Shown: positions 35,475 to 44,328, numbered from the stretch's first letter. The stretch is 64,000 nt of DNA from an uncultured Eubacteriales bacterium (GCA_964456985.1 CAYWDH010000010.1:850-64849), one strand, 5' to 3'. Program-made: numbers and translations. The notes: generated by a model not told the origin, from the sequence alone.

Positions 35475-36287
35475 TTAATACGAAAAGTTCCTTATTTTAT
35501 CAAGAGCTACGAGCAACTCAGGCGCAGGAATACCCACCCACCACCACCGATCGACGATAACTCCGGCTGTTGGTCCCCAAATCCCGTCGATAATTCCAGG
35601 GAAAGGTTGGATTGCCTTGAGAACATTGAGAGAGGGATGAGCAGGCAGAGGATTGCTGTCAGCTAAAATTTGGGGTCCAAAACCAAGGAGTTTTGATGTT
35701 TGTCTGGCTGTGCCCACTTTCTGTGCATAAATAGGAGTATCAAACACAATGGGAGTGAATACACAACCCTCGTCTTCTTTGAGTTTAATGTTGTGCCTCT
35801 CCATTAAACCAAACACTTTTTCGCTGAACTGAACCATAAGCTCTTTACTGCCAACCATACGTTTGATCAGCCCATAGCTGTCCATAACCGGGATAGGATC
35901 ATCATAGATCTTATCGTGAATCCTAAAGAAGCCCAACCTTTCCAGAAGCATAGGATTCATACCCCCGTGTTCCGGAAGGTGGAGGAAAACGTAGCTGTCC
36001 CACTTATCAGCGATGCTAGCGACTTCTCCCTCTATTATGATCCCTCCTGATATCCCTTTAGCCAGAAGAGATTGGAACAGGCTTTCCTGGGCTTTTACTT
36101 TTATATCTGGAAGTTCTTTTTGTGTGTAATTAAAAACCCTTGGCTCAAACACATAACTCTTGTCGGACAGATCAATTTTGTGTTCTTTTAGAAGCGTTTG
36201 AACGGTCTTGCTTAATTCCTGCATAAGGTCTGGGTTTGTGGAGATCGCTTTTTTTATTTCCATTGAACGATTAAAATTCCATCTCAT
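35475..36287 (-). CDS. Hypothetical protein with an internally duplicated leader-like motif and a Trp-rich C-terminus
   Basis: Two copies of one motif are present: DLMQELSKTVQTLLKEHKIDLSDKSYVFEPRVF and ELMVQFSEKVFGLMERHNIKLKEDEGCVFTPIVF. The C-terminus reads GIIDGIWGPTAGVIVDRWWWVGIPAPE. It lies directly upstream of the rSAM/SPASM gene. Confidence 0.6.
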   Translation of the reverse strand: MRWNFNRSMEIKKAISTNPDLMQELSKTVQTLLKEHKIDLSDKSYVFEPRVFNYTQKELPDIKVKAQESLFQSLLAKGISGGIIIEGEVASIADKWDSYVFLHLPEHGGMNPMLLERLGFFRIHDKIYDDPIPVMDSYGLIKRMVGSKELMVQFSEKVFGLMERHNIKLKEDEGCVFTPIVFDTPIYAQKVGTARQTSKLLGFGPQILADSNPLPAHPSLNVLKAIQPFPGIIDGIWGPTAGVIVDRWWWVGIPAPELLVALDKIRNFSY

Positions 36288-36365
36288 ATGAAACCTCCCT
36301 TTAAATTATTTCTCTTTTCATCTATATAAGTGTTTAAGAACCAGCTGTCAAAGCATTGCTTAGAA

Positions 36366-36401
36366 ATGTCCTTTTATGTCCATCTATGTCCGTTTTTGTC
36401 C
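36366..36401. promoter_or_regulatory. Four direct hexamer repeats (ATGTCC x3, TTGTCC x1) at exact 10-bp spacing; candidate operator/activator array
   Basis: The hexamers were read directly at 36366, 36376, 36386 and 36396. They lie in the divergent intergenic region between 35475-36287 (-) and 36519-38306 (+). Confidence 0.5.
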
Positions 36402-36518
36402 TATTAAATTTCTTTGAAAATAAATATAAGAAAAATTTTTCAATTTTTTGCTTCTTAATTCGACTAAATCAGTTAGCAAGAAATATATTTAAAATCCGCA
36501 AAAAGGGAGTACTAAACA

Positions 36519-38306
36519 TTGGGCGGGAAAGAGATTTTCAACTCTTGGAAAGAGATTTCCCAGTATTTACAGCATGATGGGAGGACATGTCGCAGATGGG
36601 AGAAAAGCCTTGAGCTGCCTGTCCGCCGATATGATAATGATTCATCCCGTTCAAGAGTATTTGCTCTTAGATCAGAACTCGATGAATGGATCAAAAAGAG
36701 AAAGAACAACAACAATTCAATCAAAACTCACCAATCTTTTTTTTGGCCAAGACGGACCACTTTATTTCTCTTTTCTATTGCTTTAACAACAGTAGTGTTC
36801 ATAAGTCTGTTGTTTGGATTCCCTGGGAAATTATGGAAAGGTTCACCAGGGAGTATCTCTATTGGGATATATCCGATTGAAAGTTCAACTTCATCGGAAT
36901 ATGATGACTACCTTGCCCAGGAGATCACTAATGAAATTATTGATTATTTAACATTGTTTGAGAATCTAAATATTACTAAGCTAGCTGTCTTACCAAATGC
37001 ACAAGAAAAAAAATTTTTTAAAAATTACAGCAGAGCTGACTTTTTATTGAAGGGAGATATCCAAAAGAACGGAGATGACATTAAATTTCAGTTTAATCTT
37101 ATAAAAGCGAAAAACAACAAGATAGTTATAGATCACGAGTTTCATAAAAAATATGCTGATATTCAGCTCATTAAGGAAGTGGTTGCCAGGAAGATCCACT
37201 CAAAATTGAACATCCCGTTTGATGAGCAAATAGCTGAATCTTTTGCAGCGTCTTCCATAAATCAGGAACCCTATGATATGTTCCTTAAAGGAAATTATAT
37301 ACTGAACAGCATCAAGAATAATGAATCTGACCCATGGAAATTGTACCACAAAGGGAAATATTACTATGGATTGACCACTCGGGAGAGCAATGAAGTTGCG
37401 ATCGAGCTTTTTTGCGCTGCCATAGATCTTGATGAACATTTTGAAGAGGCCTATGTTGGTCTGGCACAATGTTATATAAATTATTTAAATTTTGGATGGG
37501 ATTATGACATCAGTTGGCTGAAAAAAGCTTCTGATCTGCTTAGTAAAGTTGAATCAAATACATTTCCTTGTCCGGAATATTATAGTTCTCTGGCAAAGCT
37601 GTTTTTAATCAAATACATCTATTTTAATGAAGAGACTCAGCTTAAAGCGTTTGATACAGTTAAAAAAGGACTGAAAAATTACCCAAATAGCTCTGATTTG
37701 AACAGCATTGCGAGTTACTACTATTATCTTAGATACGGCAAAGAAGGAAACGAGCTGGATTTCAAACAAGCTCTTGAATATGGAGAGACAAGCTTTTTGA
37801 TAAAACCATTTTCAATTAGTAATCTATTTTTTACTAATTTATTACTATTGGACGGACAGTTCAGCAGAGCTCTTGATATATGTGAATTAGTGAAAAAAGT
37901 TGATAACACTTCTATGACTGATTTTCGAATCGGAGAAATCTATTACTATATGGGAAATTTGGAGAGGAGTGCATCAATATTCAATCAAATGGAATCTCCA
38001 TTACATTTAAAAGTAGGGGCTTTGTATTATTTGGGTATGATTGCATCACAAAACAAAAATTCAGAAGAAGTACAAAATATCGTTTTAAAAATCAATAATT
38101 TACCAAAACCATTTTCCTGGCATAATTTTAGAGTTTCATCCATGTATTTTGGAATTGATGAGGAGGAAGAAGGATTCAGATATCTGGATGACTTTTTCAG
38201 AGAACCCAGCACACAAAGACTAAAATTCAACTATAAAAGATATATCTTACTCGATAGAAATTTCGATAAATTTAATTCAATTATTAGGAGAAAGTATTTT
38301 GAGTGA
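36519..38306 (+). CDS. Membrane-anchored regulator-like protein: N-terminal HTH, one TM, periplasmic TPR-rich domain
   Basis: The N-terminal KEISQYLQHDGRTCRRWEKSLELPVRR is excisionase/MerR-type HTH-like. A TM segment (TTLFLFSIALTTVVFISLLFGF) and TPR-like repeats follow. It uses a TTG start. Confidence 0.7.
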   Translation: MGGKEIFNSWKEISQYLQHDGRTCRRWEKSLELPVRRYDNDSSRSRVFALRSELDEWIKKRKNNNNSIKTHQSFFWPRRTTLFLFSIALTTVVFISLLFGFPGKLWKGSPGSISIGIYPIESSTSSEYDDYLAQEITNEIIDYLTLFENLNITKLAVLPNAQEKKFFKNYSRADFLLKGDIQKNGDDIKFQFNLIKAKNNKIVIDHEFHKKYADIQLIKEVVARKIHSKLNIPFDEQIAESFAASSINQEPYDMFLKGNYILNSIKNNESDPWKLYHKGKYYYGLTTRESNEVAIELFCAAIDLDEHFEEAYVGLAQCYINYLNFGWDYDISWLKKASDLLSKVESNTFPCPEYYSSLAKLFLIKYIYFNEETQLKAFDTVKKGLKNYPNSSDLNSIASYYYYLRYGKEGNELDFKQALEYGETSFLIKPFSISNLFFTNLLLLDGQFSRALDICELVKKVDNTSMTDFRIGEIYYYMGNLERSASIFNQMESPLHLKVGALYYLGMIASQNKNSEEVQNIVLKINNLPKPFSWHNFRVSSMYFGIDEEEEGFRYLDDFFREPSTQRLKFNYKRYILLDRNFDKFNSIIRRKYFE

Positions 38307-38505
38307 AAAATTAGAAATTGAAGTAACCCCGAATTTAGAAAAATGTCTTGAGGTTCTTAAAGAGGCTGTTCAGGAACTACCTTCTGGCGAACTTAAGGAC
38401 AAATCAGAGGGGGCCCTTGAATATATGTCTCGGACATTTAAGGGGGAGCCCCAACCCAATAAAGGGAGATCTTGTTTTCCTGGTATGATATTTATTCCAG
38501 GATGA
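38299..38505 (+). CDS. Small hypothetical protein (68 aa) overlapping the stop of the upstream gene
   Basis: Its TTG start overlaps the upstream stop by 8 nt. I recognised no family, so coding status is uncertain. Confidence 0.35.
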   Translation: MSEKLEIEVTPNLEKCLEVLKEAVQELPSGELKDKSEGALEYMSRTFKGEPQPNKGRSCFPGMIFIPG

Positions 38506-38555
38506 TGATTTTTTAATCCATTCTTAATCATTTATTATTTTTGAACATATCAGAA

Positions 38556-38696
38556 GTGACTTTCATTTTAACGGACGACTGCAACTTCTACTGCATTCAG
38601 TGTTTTTCCAAAGAAGGAAAATTTCTCTTTAGCTTTGGAAGGCAAGGGCAGGGCCCGGGGGAACTTTTATGCAAGATAGATACACTGGGGATATAG
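38556..38696 (+). pseudogene. Gene remnant: radical-SAM cluster motif joined to an NHL-repeat-like motif
   Basis: The 46-codon frame VTFILTDDCNFYCIQCFSKEGKFLFSFGRQGQGPGELL carries CxxxCxxC followed by an NHL-type G.G.G.G.L segment. It is far too short for either domain. Confidence 0.4.
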
Positions 38697-38785
38697 GTGA
38701 TTTCCGGGAGGCTTGTGTTGAACTTTTTGTCAGTAAAGGGTATAATTTCAAAAAATTTTCCTAGACTGATCCAAATGGGGGAAAA

Positions 38786-39163
38786 ATGCCAACACAAAAG
38801 AAAAAAATACTAGTTGTTTGCAGCGTTTACGAAAATCTAAAGATGCTGAGCTCAATTTTAGCCGGAGAGGGCAGAACCATTATAAAAGCCATGTCCAAAG
38901 AAAAAGCGCTTGAATCAGCCAGAAACGACTGTCCGGATATTGCAGTGATGGACTTTGACCTTTCGGATTTTGGGGGCGGCGATCTGGCTTCAGCAATAAG
39001 AGATATGCGGTCAGAGAATCCAATGCCTATTGTTTTTATCACTTCACTCATCAGCGAAGCAGAAGAAAGGTGCCGCATGATCGATGGACCCATATGCTTT
39101 CTGTCCAAACCACTGGATGTCAAAAGACTAAAGGAAGAAATAAACAGCCTCCTAAATCTTTAG
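38786..39163 (+). CDS. Stand-alone receiver (CheY-like) domain protein, atypical acidic pocket
   Basis: The phospho-acceptor context IAVMDFDL, the T/S (FITSL) and the K (LSKP) are present. The usual N-terminal DD pair is replaced by CS (ILVVCSVYEN). Confidence 0.75.
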   Translation: MPTQKKKILVVCSVYENLKMLSSILAGEGRTIIKAMSKEKALESARNDCPDIAVMDFDLSDFGGGDLASAIRDMRSENPMPIVFITSLISEAEERCRMIDGPICFLSKPLDVKRLKEEINSLLNL

Positions 39164-39266
39164 GGGGACGGGCCCGGATATCTTCAATCATATCAACAAC
39201 ATAACCCCACTTTTCCACAACCGCCTACCCTGGAGAGCTGCTGTTTTTGGGGGCAAAATCAACATC
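39164..39266 (+). repeat. ~100-nt repeat family, copy C
   Basis: It starts immediately after the TAG stop of the receiver gene. Confidence 0.9.
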
Positions 39267-39281
39267 ATCTTTATCTGATAA

Positions 39282-39689
39282 CTATCTTATATCTATAAAG
39301 AAATTATCACTCTCTTCATCCCATGTTATTTTATAACTACAATCAAAATAATCTGAATAAGGTCCATCTGCAGTGCACTGAAAGGTACTACATTGGCCGC
39401 CTTCTAAATGGATAGATTCGACATAGGAAGAGACCGTTTCATCTGGTCTATCTGAAATATATTCAACTGTAAGAGTTATCTTTACAAAATAGGCTTTAGC
39501 ATCTCCATAATTTTTTATATTTCCTGTGAACAATATATTTCCTGACCTGTCTTCCTTAGTGAAGATATTTCCAAATATGATACAGTTTGCTCTACTTTCT
39601 CCTCTTCCCTCGGATATTGAAAACAAACCCATATCACAACAGATACTTAAAATTGTGACAAAAAGCAAAATCACATATGTCTTCTTCAT
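39282..39689 (-). CDS. Hypothetical lipoprotein
   Basis: It has the signal MKKTYVILLFVTILSICC with an LSIC lipobox. Confidence 0.55.
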   Translation of the reverse strand: MKKTYVILLFVTILSICCDMGLFSISEGRGESRANCIIFGNIFTKEDRSGNILFTGNIKNYGDAKAYFVKITLTVEYISDRPDETVSSYVESIHLEGGQCSTFQCTADGPYSDYFDCSYKITWDEESDNFFIDIR

Positions 39690-39727
39690 TATCCCCCCTC
39701 TCTGAGAACTCATCATTTCCCCTTTAG

Positions 39728-40189
39728 CTAGAAATAATAAGAAATTCCGGCTTTTAGAAAAATAATGTGATACTCGGTCCTTATGGCAAATCTCTTGGTA
39801 AGATGAAGTTTGACCCCTGCTCCTACATCGGGCAAAAAACCTCCTTTTTTTTCAGAAAAGTTACTTACAGCGCCCATACCCAATAACAGATAGGGCTCTA
39901 TAGGAAATGAAGGAAAAGGAGAAATGATAATGTCACCTGTTAGCATAAAGAGCCAGTTTTCACCGATGAAAATTCCGTATTCAACTCTAATCCCTTTAGA
40001 TAACGTGTGTCCAATGCTGAACATGGCTCCTGGATAAAATATGAAATCATACATACCAAAACCGTATCCCGTCACACTCATTTCCAAGCCTTTTTCTTGT
40101 CCGAACATGTTTCCAGAGGAGATCACCAGAAACAAGACAAGAAAAATCCCTCCTGTGACTTTGACCGACTTTGTTTTTAAATTTCTCAT
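39728..40189 (-). CDS. Small outer-membrane beta-barrel protein (OmpW/OprF-N-like)
   Basis: It has a signal peptide, alternating-hydrophobic strands and a C-terminal ...GISYYF aromatic end. Confidence 0.55.
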   Translation of the reverse strand: MRNLKTKSVKVTGGIFLVLFLVISSGNMFGQEKGLEMSVTGYGFGMYDFIFYPGAMFSIGHTLSKGIRVEYGIFIGENWLFMLTGDIIISPFPSFPIEPYLLLGMGAVSNFSEKKGGFLPDVGAGVKLHLTKRFAIRTEYHIIFLKAGISYYF

Positions 40190-40431
40190 TTTTTCCTCCT
40201 TTTAGTTGTTCTGATACAAAGATAAGCTTTTCGATGGAAAGAGTTGTCACTGTGTTGTAAAAAATTTGTCAAAAGTTTGTTAAGAGTTTTAGATGAATGG
40301 AGTTATAGATGAAGTGTTACCGTTCTTGCTTCTTATCGGCGGCTTCCAGTATCATAGAGAAGAAACAAGGGACTCTATTTCTTTAAAAGTGATAAAATGA
40401 TCAATACCGGAGGGTAAAAAGGAGGTTAAAG

Positions 40432-42219
40432 ATGAAAAAGTCAGTCTTTTTTGTTTTGTTTATAGGGATTATCTTTGGTCTTTTAGCTGCTCAAACAGAA
40501 AAGAGCAAAGACATAGAGATCGAGATCATTCTTCACCAGATGATCGAGATGAAAGACGGTGTCCACATTGCTGCCAATATCTACAAACCAGCGCAAATGA
40601 GTAAGCCTCTTCCGGCAATTTTTGCCTTCACTCCTTATATTTCAGATGAGGGGCAGGAGAGGGGCACCTTTTTTGCTCAACACGGGTATGTGTATGTGCA
40701 CGCAGATGTGAGGGGCCGGGGAAACTCTGAGGGCGAATTCTATCCTTTGGAGAAAGATGGGATGGACGGAGCCCAGGTCGTAGAGTGGATCGCCCGACAG
40801 ACCTGGTGTGATGGCCGGGTTGGAATGAGAGGGGGCTCTTACAGAGGCATGGTGCAGTGGCAGACCTTGAAGCATTTCCCTCCGGCGCTCAAGACCATTG
40901 TTCCTACGGCTGCGGCTGCTCCGGGAGTGGATTTTCCCATGTCCAATAATGTGTTTACCTCCTACGTCACCCAGTGGCTTGCTTTTGTGAAAGGGGAGAC
41001 CGGGAATGTGAACCTCTTTTCTGACCAGAAATTCTGGATGAGCAAGTTCTATAAGATGTACAGCGAACACATTCCTTTTGCCCGGCTGGCAGAGCTGACG
41101 GGCAGCAATGAGAAGATTTTCGAGCGCTGGATATCCCATCCTTATTTCGACAAACTTTGGAAAGACACCGCGTTCCCGGATAAAGACTATGAAAAGATCG
41201 ATATTCCGATCCTGACCATAACCGGACACTTTGACGGCGACCAGCCGGGAGCTCTGCATTACTTCCATCATCATATGGAGTATGGATCACAGGAGGCAAG
41301 GGAGAAACATTACTTATTGGTCGGACCATGGGACCACCCAGGCACACGGCATCCTCAAAAAGAACTGGGGGGATTGACATTTGGTGACAATGCTGTTTTG
41401 GATATGGAAAAACTCCATCTTGAGTGGTATGACTGGGTCTTTAAAGGCAAAGAGAGACCCGGGCTTCTGAAAAAGAGGATCTGCTATTATGTGATGAATG
41501 AAAATGTGTGGAAATACGCGGAGAGTCTGGATGACATATCAAATAAAACGCAGGAGTGGTATCTTTCATCTGAGGGAGGTGAAGCCGGAGACGTGTTTCA
41601 TTCGGGAAAACTCGTGCCGGATGCGCCTCAAGGGATGCAAAAGCCGGATACCTTTGAGTATGATCCCCTAAAGATAATGACCAAAGACGAATATTTCAAG
41701 AGCCGCACCGAGGCTTATTTCCTGGACCAGAGAGCGGCTTTTAGCGAGGATAAACTCATCTATCACAGTGCTCCACTTGAAGAGGCGCTGGAAGTGGCTG
41801 GATATGTGAAGGTCAGGCTTTTTATAGAACTTAATGTGCCGGATACGGATCTGGCTGTGGCGCTTTATGAGATAAGGCCTGACGGACAGAGCATCTATTT
41901 GGCCGAGGATTTTATACGGGCTCGCTTTCGTGAGTCGCTTTCCAGGGCTGAGCTCATCAAACCAGGGGAGATCAATGAATATGTGTTTGAGAGGGCATAC
42001 TTTTTTGCTCGTAAGCTGGAGAAGGGAAGCCGGCTGCGGCTTGTCGTGTCCTGTTTGAATTCACCTGATATCGAGAAGAATTACAATTCCGGAGGAGTGG
42101 TGGCAGAGGAGACAGCCGAAGATGCGCGGACAGCGGTCATAAAGCTCTATCATGACAAGGATCACCCCAGCCTCATTATCTTTGGGGACGGGCCCGGGCA
42201 TCTTAAATCATATCAATAA
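40432..42219 (+). CDS. CocE/NonD-family (peptidase S15-like) hydrolase
   Basis: It has a signal peptide, the GGSYRG nucleophile elbow and a family-typical N-terminus (DGV.IAANIYKP). The last ~12 codons are supplied by repeat copy D. Confidence 0.85.
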   Translation: MKKSVFFVLFIGIIFGLLAAQTEKSKDIEIEIILHQMIEMKDGVHIAANIYKPAQMSKPLPAIFAFTPYISDEGQERGTFFAQHGYVYVHADVRGRGNSEGEFYPLEKDGMDGAQVVEWIARQTWCDGRVGMRGGSYRGMVQWQTLKHFPPALKTIVPTAAAAPGVDFPMSNNVFTSYVTQWLAFVKGETGNVNLFSDQKFWMSKFYKMYSEHIPFARLAELTGSNEKIFERWISHPYFDKLWKDTAFPDKDYEKIDIPILTITGHFDGDQPGALHYFHHHMEYGSQEAREKHYLLVGPWDHPGTRHPQKELGGLTFGDNAVLDMEKLHLEWYDWVFKGKERPGLLKKRICYYVMNENVWKYAESLDDISNKTQEWYLSSEGGEAGDVFHSGKLVPDAPQGMQKPDTFEYDPLKIMTKDEYFKSRTEAYFLDQRAAFSEDKLIYHSAPLEEALEVAGYVKVRLFIELNVPDTDLAVALYEIRPDGQSIYLAEDFIRARFRESLSRAELIKPGEINEYVFERAYFFARKLEKGSRLRLVVSCLNSPDIEKNYNSGGVVAEETAEDARTAVIKLYHDKDHPSLIIFGDGPGHLKSYQ

Positions 42220-42283
42220 CTTAACCCTACTTTTCCACAACTCCCTACCCTGGAGAGCCGCCGTTTTTAGGGGCAAAAACGGT
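42184..42283 (+). repeat. ~100-nt repeat family, copy D
   Basis: It overlaps the 3' end of the hydrolase ORF and provides the GDGPGHLKSYQ tail and the stop codon. Confidence 0.9.
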
Positions 42284-42309
42284 TTGATCTTTTGCCCTAT
42301 TTCGGGGAG

Positions 42310-42780
42310 TTATAGTTTTTCAAAGAGATCGAGCTGTGGTTTTTCTTTTAATAAATATTTCTTTACCTTATTCCAGAATGTTTGTGCAGTGATATATATG
42401 TTTTTAGCTTCCTCTCCAGTTATGAAAATTTTTGGATCATAAATACAGTTATTTCTTTTGATTCGATATTTCTGTATCTTCCTAATTAGATAATCATATT
42501 CTGGCCCTAGAAATATACTTGCAGCTAAAAATGTAGTTTTATGTTGTTCTCCATCTGAAGGACGGAATCCGTTTAAAAGTAATATCACCCGTCCAATTTG
42601 AAGCAGTCCATCATAGCAAAGTTTAAACGCTGCTTCTTTAATATTTTCTTTGACTAGTTTGGAAGCTTCAAAATTTCTTTTAGCTGAATAGATCAAGTTA
42701 TTTAGATAATCAATGTCTGTTCTTTGTTTTTTTAGTTTTCCTTCTTTTACCAGGCGCTTTAATGAGTTTTCTAAATTCAT
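42310..42780 (-). CDS. HEPN-domain protein (toxin-like partner of the nucleotidyltransferase)
   Basis: It is helical and has the size and position typical of HEPN in HEPN/MNT pairs. It overlaps the upstream gene. Confidence 0.65.
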   Translation of the reverse strand: MNLENSLKRLVKEGKLKKQRTDIDYLNNLIYSAKRNFEASKLVKENIKEAAFKLCYDGLLQIGRVILLLNGFRPSDGEQHKTTFLAASIFLGPEYDYLIRKIQKYRIKRNNCIYDPKIFITGEEAKNIYITAQTFWNKVKKYLLKEKPQLDLFEKL

Positions 42781-43363
42781 CCCTACTTCCTTTTATCAGG
42801 ATGTAATTATCAACAATATCTTTATAGAAATACCTATTCTCTAAATTTTTTATAAATTCTTCTTTTCTCGATATATGATAGTTGATTTCTCTATTGATTT
42901 TATCTTCAATATTTTTTATTGCTTCATACACATGATCTTCATTGGGTTTGCCTACTATGAAAAGGTCTATATCTGAATCAGATTTAAGTCCTCCTTTTGC
43001 GTATGAACCAAAAATAAAAGCAAACGCAATGTTTTCTATTCCTTTTAAAAGACTTTTTAGTTCAACTTCAATACCAATGGTTTTCTTGACTATTGACTCA
43101 ACTTCCTTGAGAAGTGTAAATTCCTTATTCAATCTATAGACGTTAAGGCCTCCTATTTTTCTCATAGTAATGAGATTTATTTTTAAAAGTCTGTTCAATT
43201 CTCTTTGTGCTGTGCCAGCAGAAGTGTTATTAAATTTTGCAATTTCACTTAAATAATACTCTTTGTCTTGATTATAGATAAATAGAATGATGATTTTTTT
43301 TCTAATAGTGGATTTTGTGAGCAAATCTAACATTTTTTCAATCTTGAGTAAAATTTTACTCAA
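42710..43363 (-). CDS. Winged-HTH + minimal nucleotidyltransferase (MNT) protein
   Basis: The N-terminal wHTH reads YLSEIAKFNNTSAGTAQRELNRL. The NTase motif is FGSYAKGGLKSDSDIDLFIV. Confidence 0.8.
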   Translation of the reverse strand: MSKILLKIEKMLDLLTKSTIRKKIIILFIYNQDKEYYLSEIAKFNNTSAGTAQRELNRLLKINLITMRKIGGLNVYRLNKEFTLLKEVESIVKKTIGIEVELKSLLKGIENIAFAFIFGSYAKGGLKSDSDIDLFIVGKPNEDHVYEAIKNIEDKINREINYHISRKEEFIKNLENRYFYKDIVDNYILIKGSRDEFRKLIKAPGKRRKTKKTKNRH

Positions 43364-43403
43364 TAATGAGTAAATGTCAAGTAACTTTTAATGGAGGAAT
43401 GGA

Positions 43404-43504
43404 GGGGACGGGCCCGGGCATCTCCAATCATATCAATAACATAACCCTACTTTTCCACAGCCCCCCACCCTGGAGAGTCGTCGTTTTTAGGGGCAAAATC
43501 ATCG
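43404..43504 (+). repeat. ~100-nt repeat family, copy E
   Basis: It lies in the divergent intergenic region between 43363 (-) and 43581 (+). Confidence 0.9.
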
Positions 43505-43580
43505 TTTTAATGAACTTCTCTGGATCAAGTTTCGTATCTTTTATAAAGCCGACTTTTTAACTCAAAAGGAGATATTGAAG

Positions 43581-44219
43581 ATGAGCAATGAAACGGATTT
43601 TGTGAAAAGGTGGATCCGGTTCGGAATTATATGTGGTATCCTTGCTGGCACCATATACGGACTTTCAGTCTCAGGTCTTATCCCGGACGCTCACGCCTAT
43701 TTACTGTTCCTGTTTTTTGGCCCGCTCCTATGCGCCAGCTCAGGCGGCCTGTATTATTTTATTAAGCATCACCAGAACTCGATCCCCCTTCAAGTGGGAA
43801 CTCTGTTCCTCATTATCTCCGGCGCTCTGGTGACCCTCATGGCTTCGATGCAGGGAGCTCTCAAAGTAGTCTTCCAGAATATCCCTTCGGATTCGATCTC
43901 AGAATCAGGCCAGGCAGCACGGGAAATGGCACTCAGAAGTGGAGATTCTCTTCAGCTGGGCGCTGATATCGCATGGGATATGTTTATTTTTATGAGTATC
44001 TTTTTTTTGAGCATAGCGGCCCTAAAGCATCCAAGATTAGGATGGGTCTTTGGTCTACCTGGGATCCTCATCGGATTGGTTGGGTTGGGGTTTAATCTCT
44101 ACACGTTTCCCCATAATCCAGGTACAGCCGGGCTCATCGATACAGGACCTTTGGTTGGTCTCTGGTTTGTGGCGGTTTCTGTGCGGGTTATCTTTTCTCT
44201 CAAATGGATCGAACATTAA
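43581..44219 (+). CDS. Multi-pass membrane protein, hypothetical
   Basis: It has about six hydrophobic segments. The ATG at 43581 is preceded by an AAAGGAG RBS. Confidence 0.6.
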   Translation: MSNETDFVKRWIRFGIICGILAGTIYGLSVSGLIPDAHAYLLFLFFGPLLCASSGGLYYFIKHHQNSIPLQVGTLFLIISGALVTLMASMQGALKVVFQNIPSDSISESGQAAREMALRSGDSLQLGADIAWDMFIFMSIFFLSIAALKHPRLGWVFGLPGILIGLVGLGFNLYTFPHNPGTAGLIDTGPLVGLWFVAVSVRVIFSLKWIEH

Positions 44220-44328
44220 CTTTTATCTTTTACATCGATTAAGTCTATGCACAATGCTTTTATTTCTTGTTTTTCTTTAGGAGGGAGCGACTTAACTGAT
44301 CTATCAAAGGAAGGTTTGAATTCATACT

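Noticed and set aside
40642-41380. Minus-strand ORFs of 210 and 137 aa inside the CocE/NonD hydrolase gene. Similar cases occur at 51569-52279 and 52429-52824 (in the RND pump), 56790-57167 (in the sulfatase) and 61382-62146 (in the FtsX permease).
   Set aside because: All are antisense to well-supported genes. Their low-complexity, Arg/Pro/Ser-rich translations are typical of non-coding frames.
42152-42442. ORF-track entries that read through repeat copies (42152-42442, 43366-43560, 53697-53936, 55832-56092, 57454-57897) share a GTGPGI..NHINN..LLFH peptide.
   Set aside because: The shared peptide only reflects the repeated DNA. Substitutions among copies are not biased toward synonymous changes. 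Three copies carry an in-frame TGA, one carries a frame-shifting indel, and there is no consistent start codon or RBS. I treat the element as non-coding.
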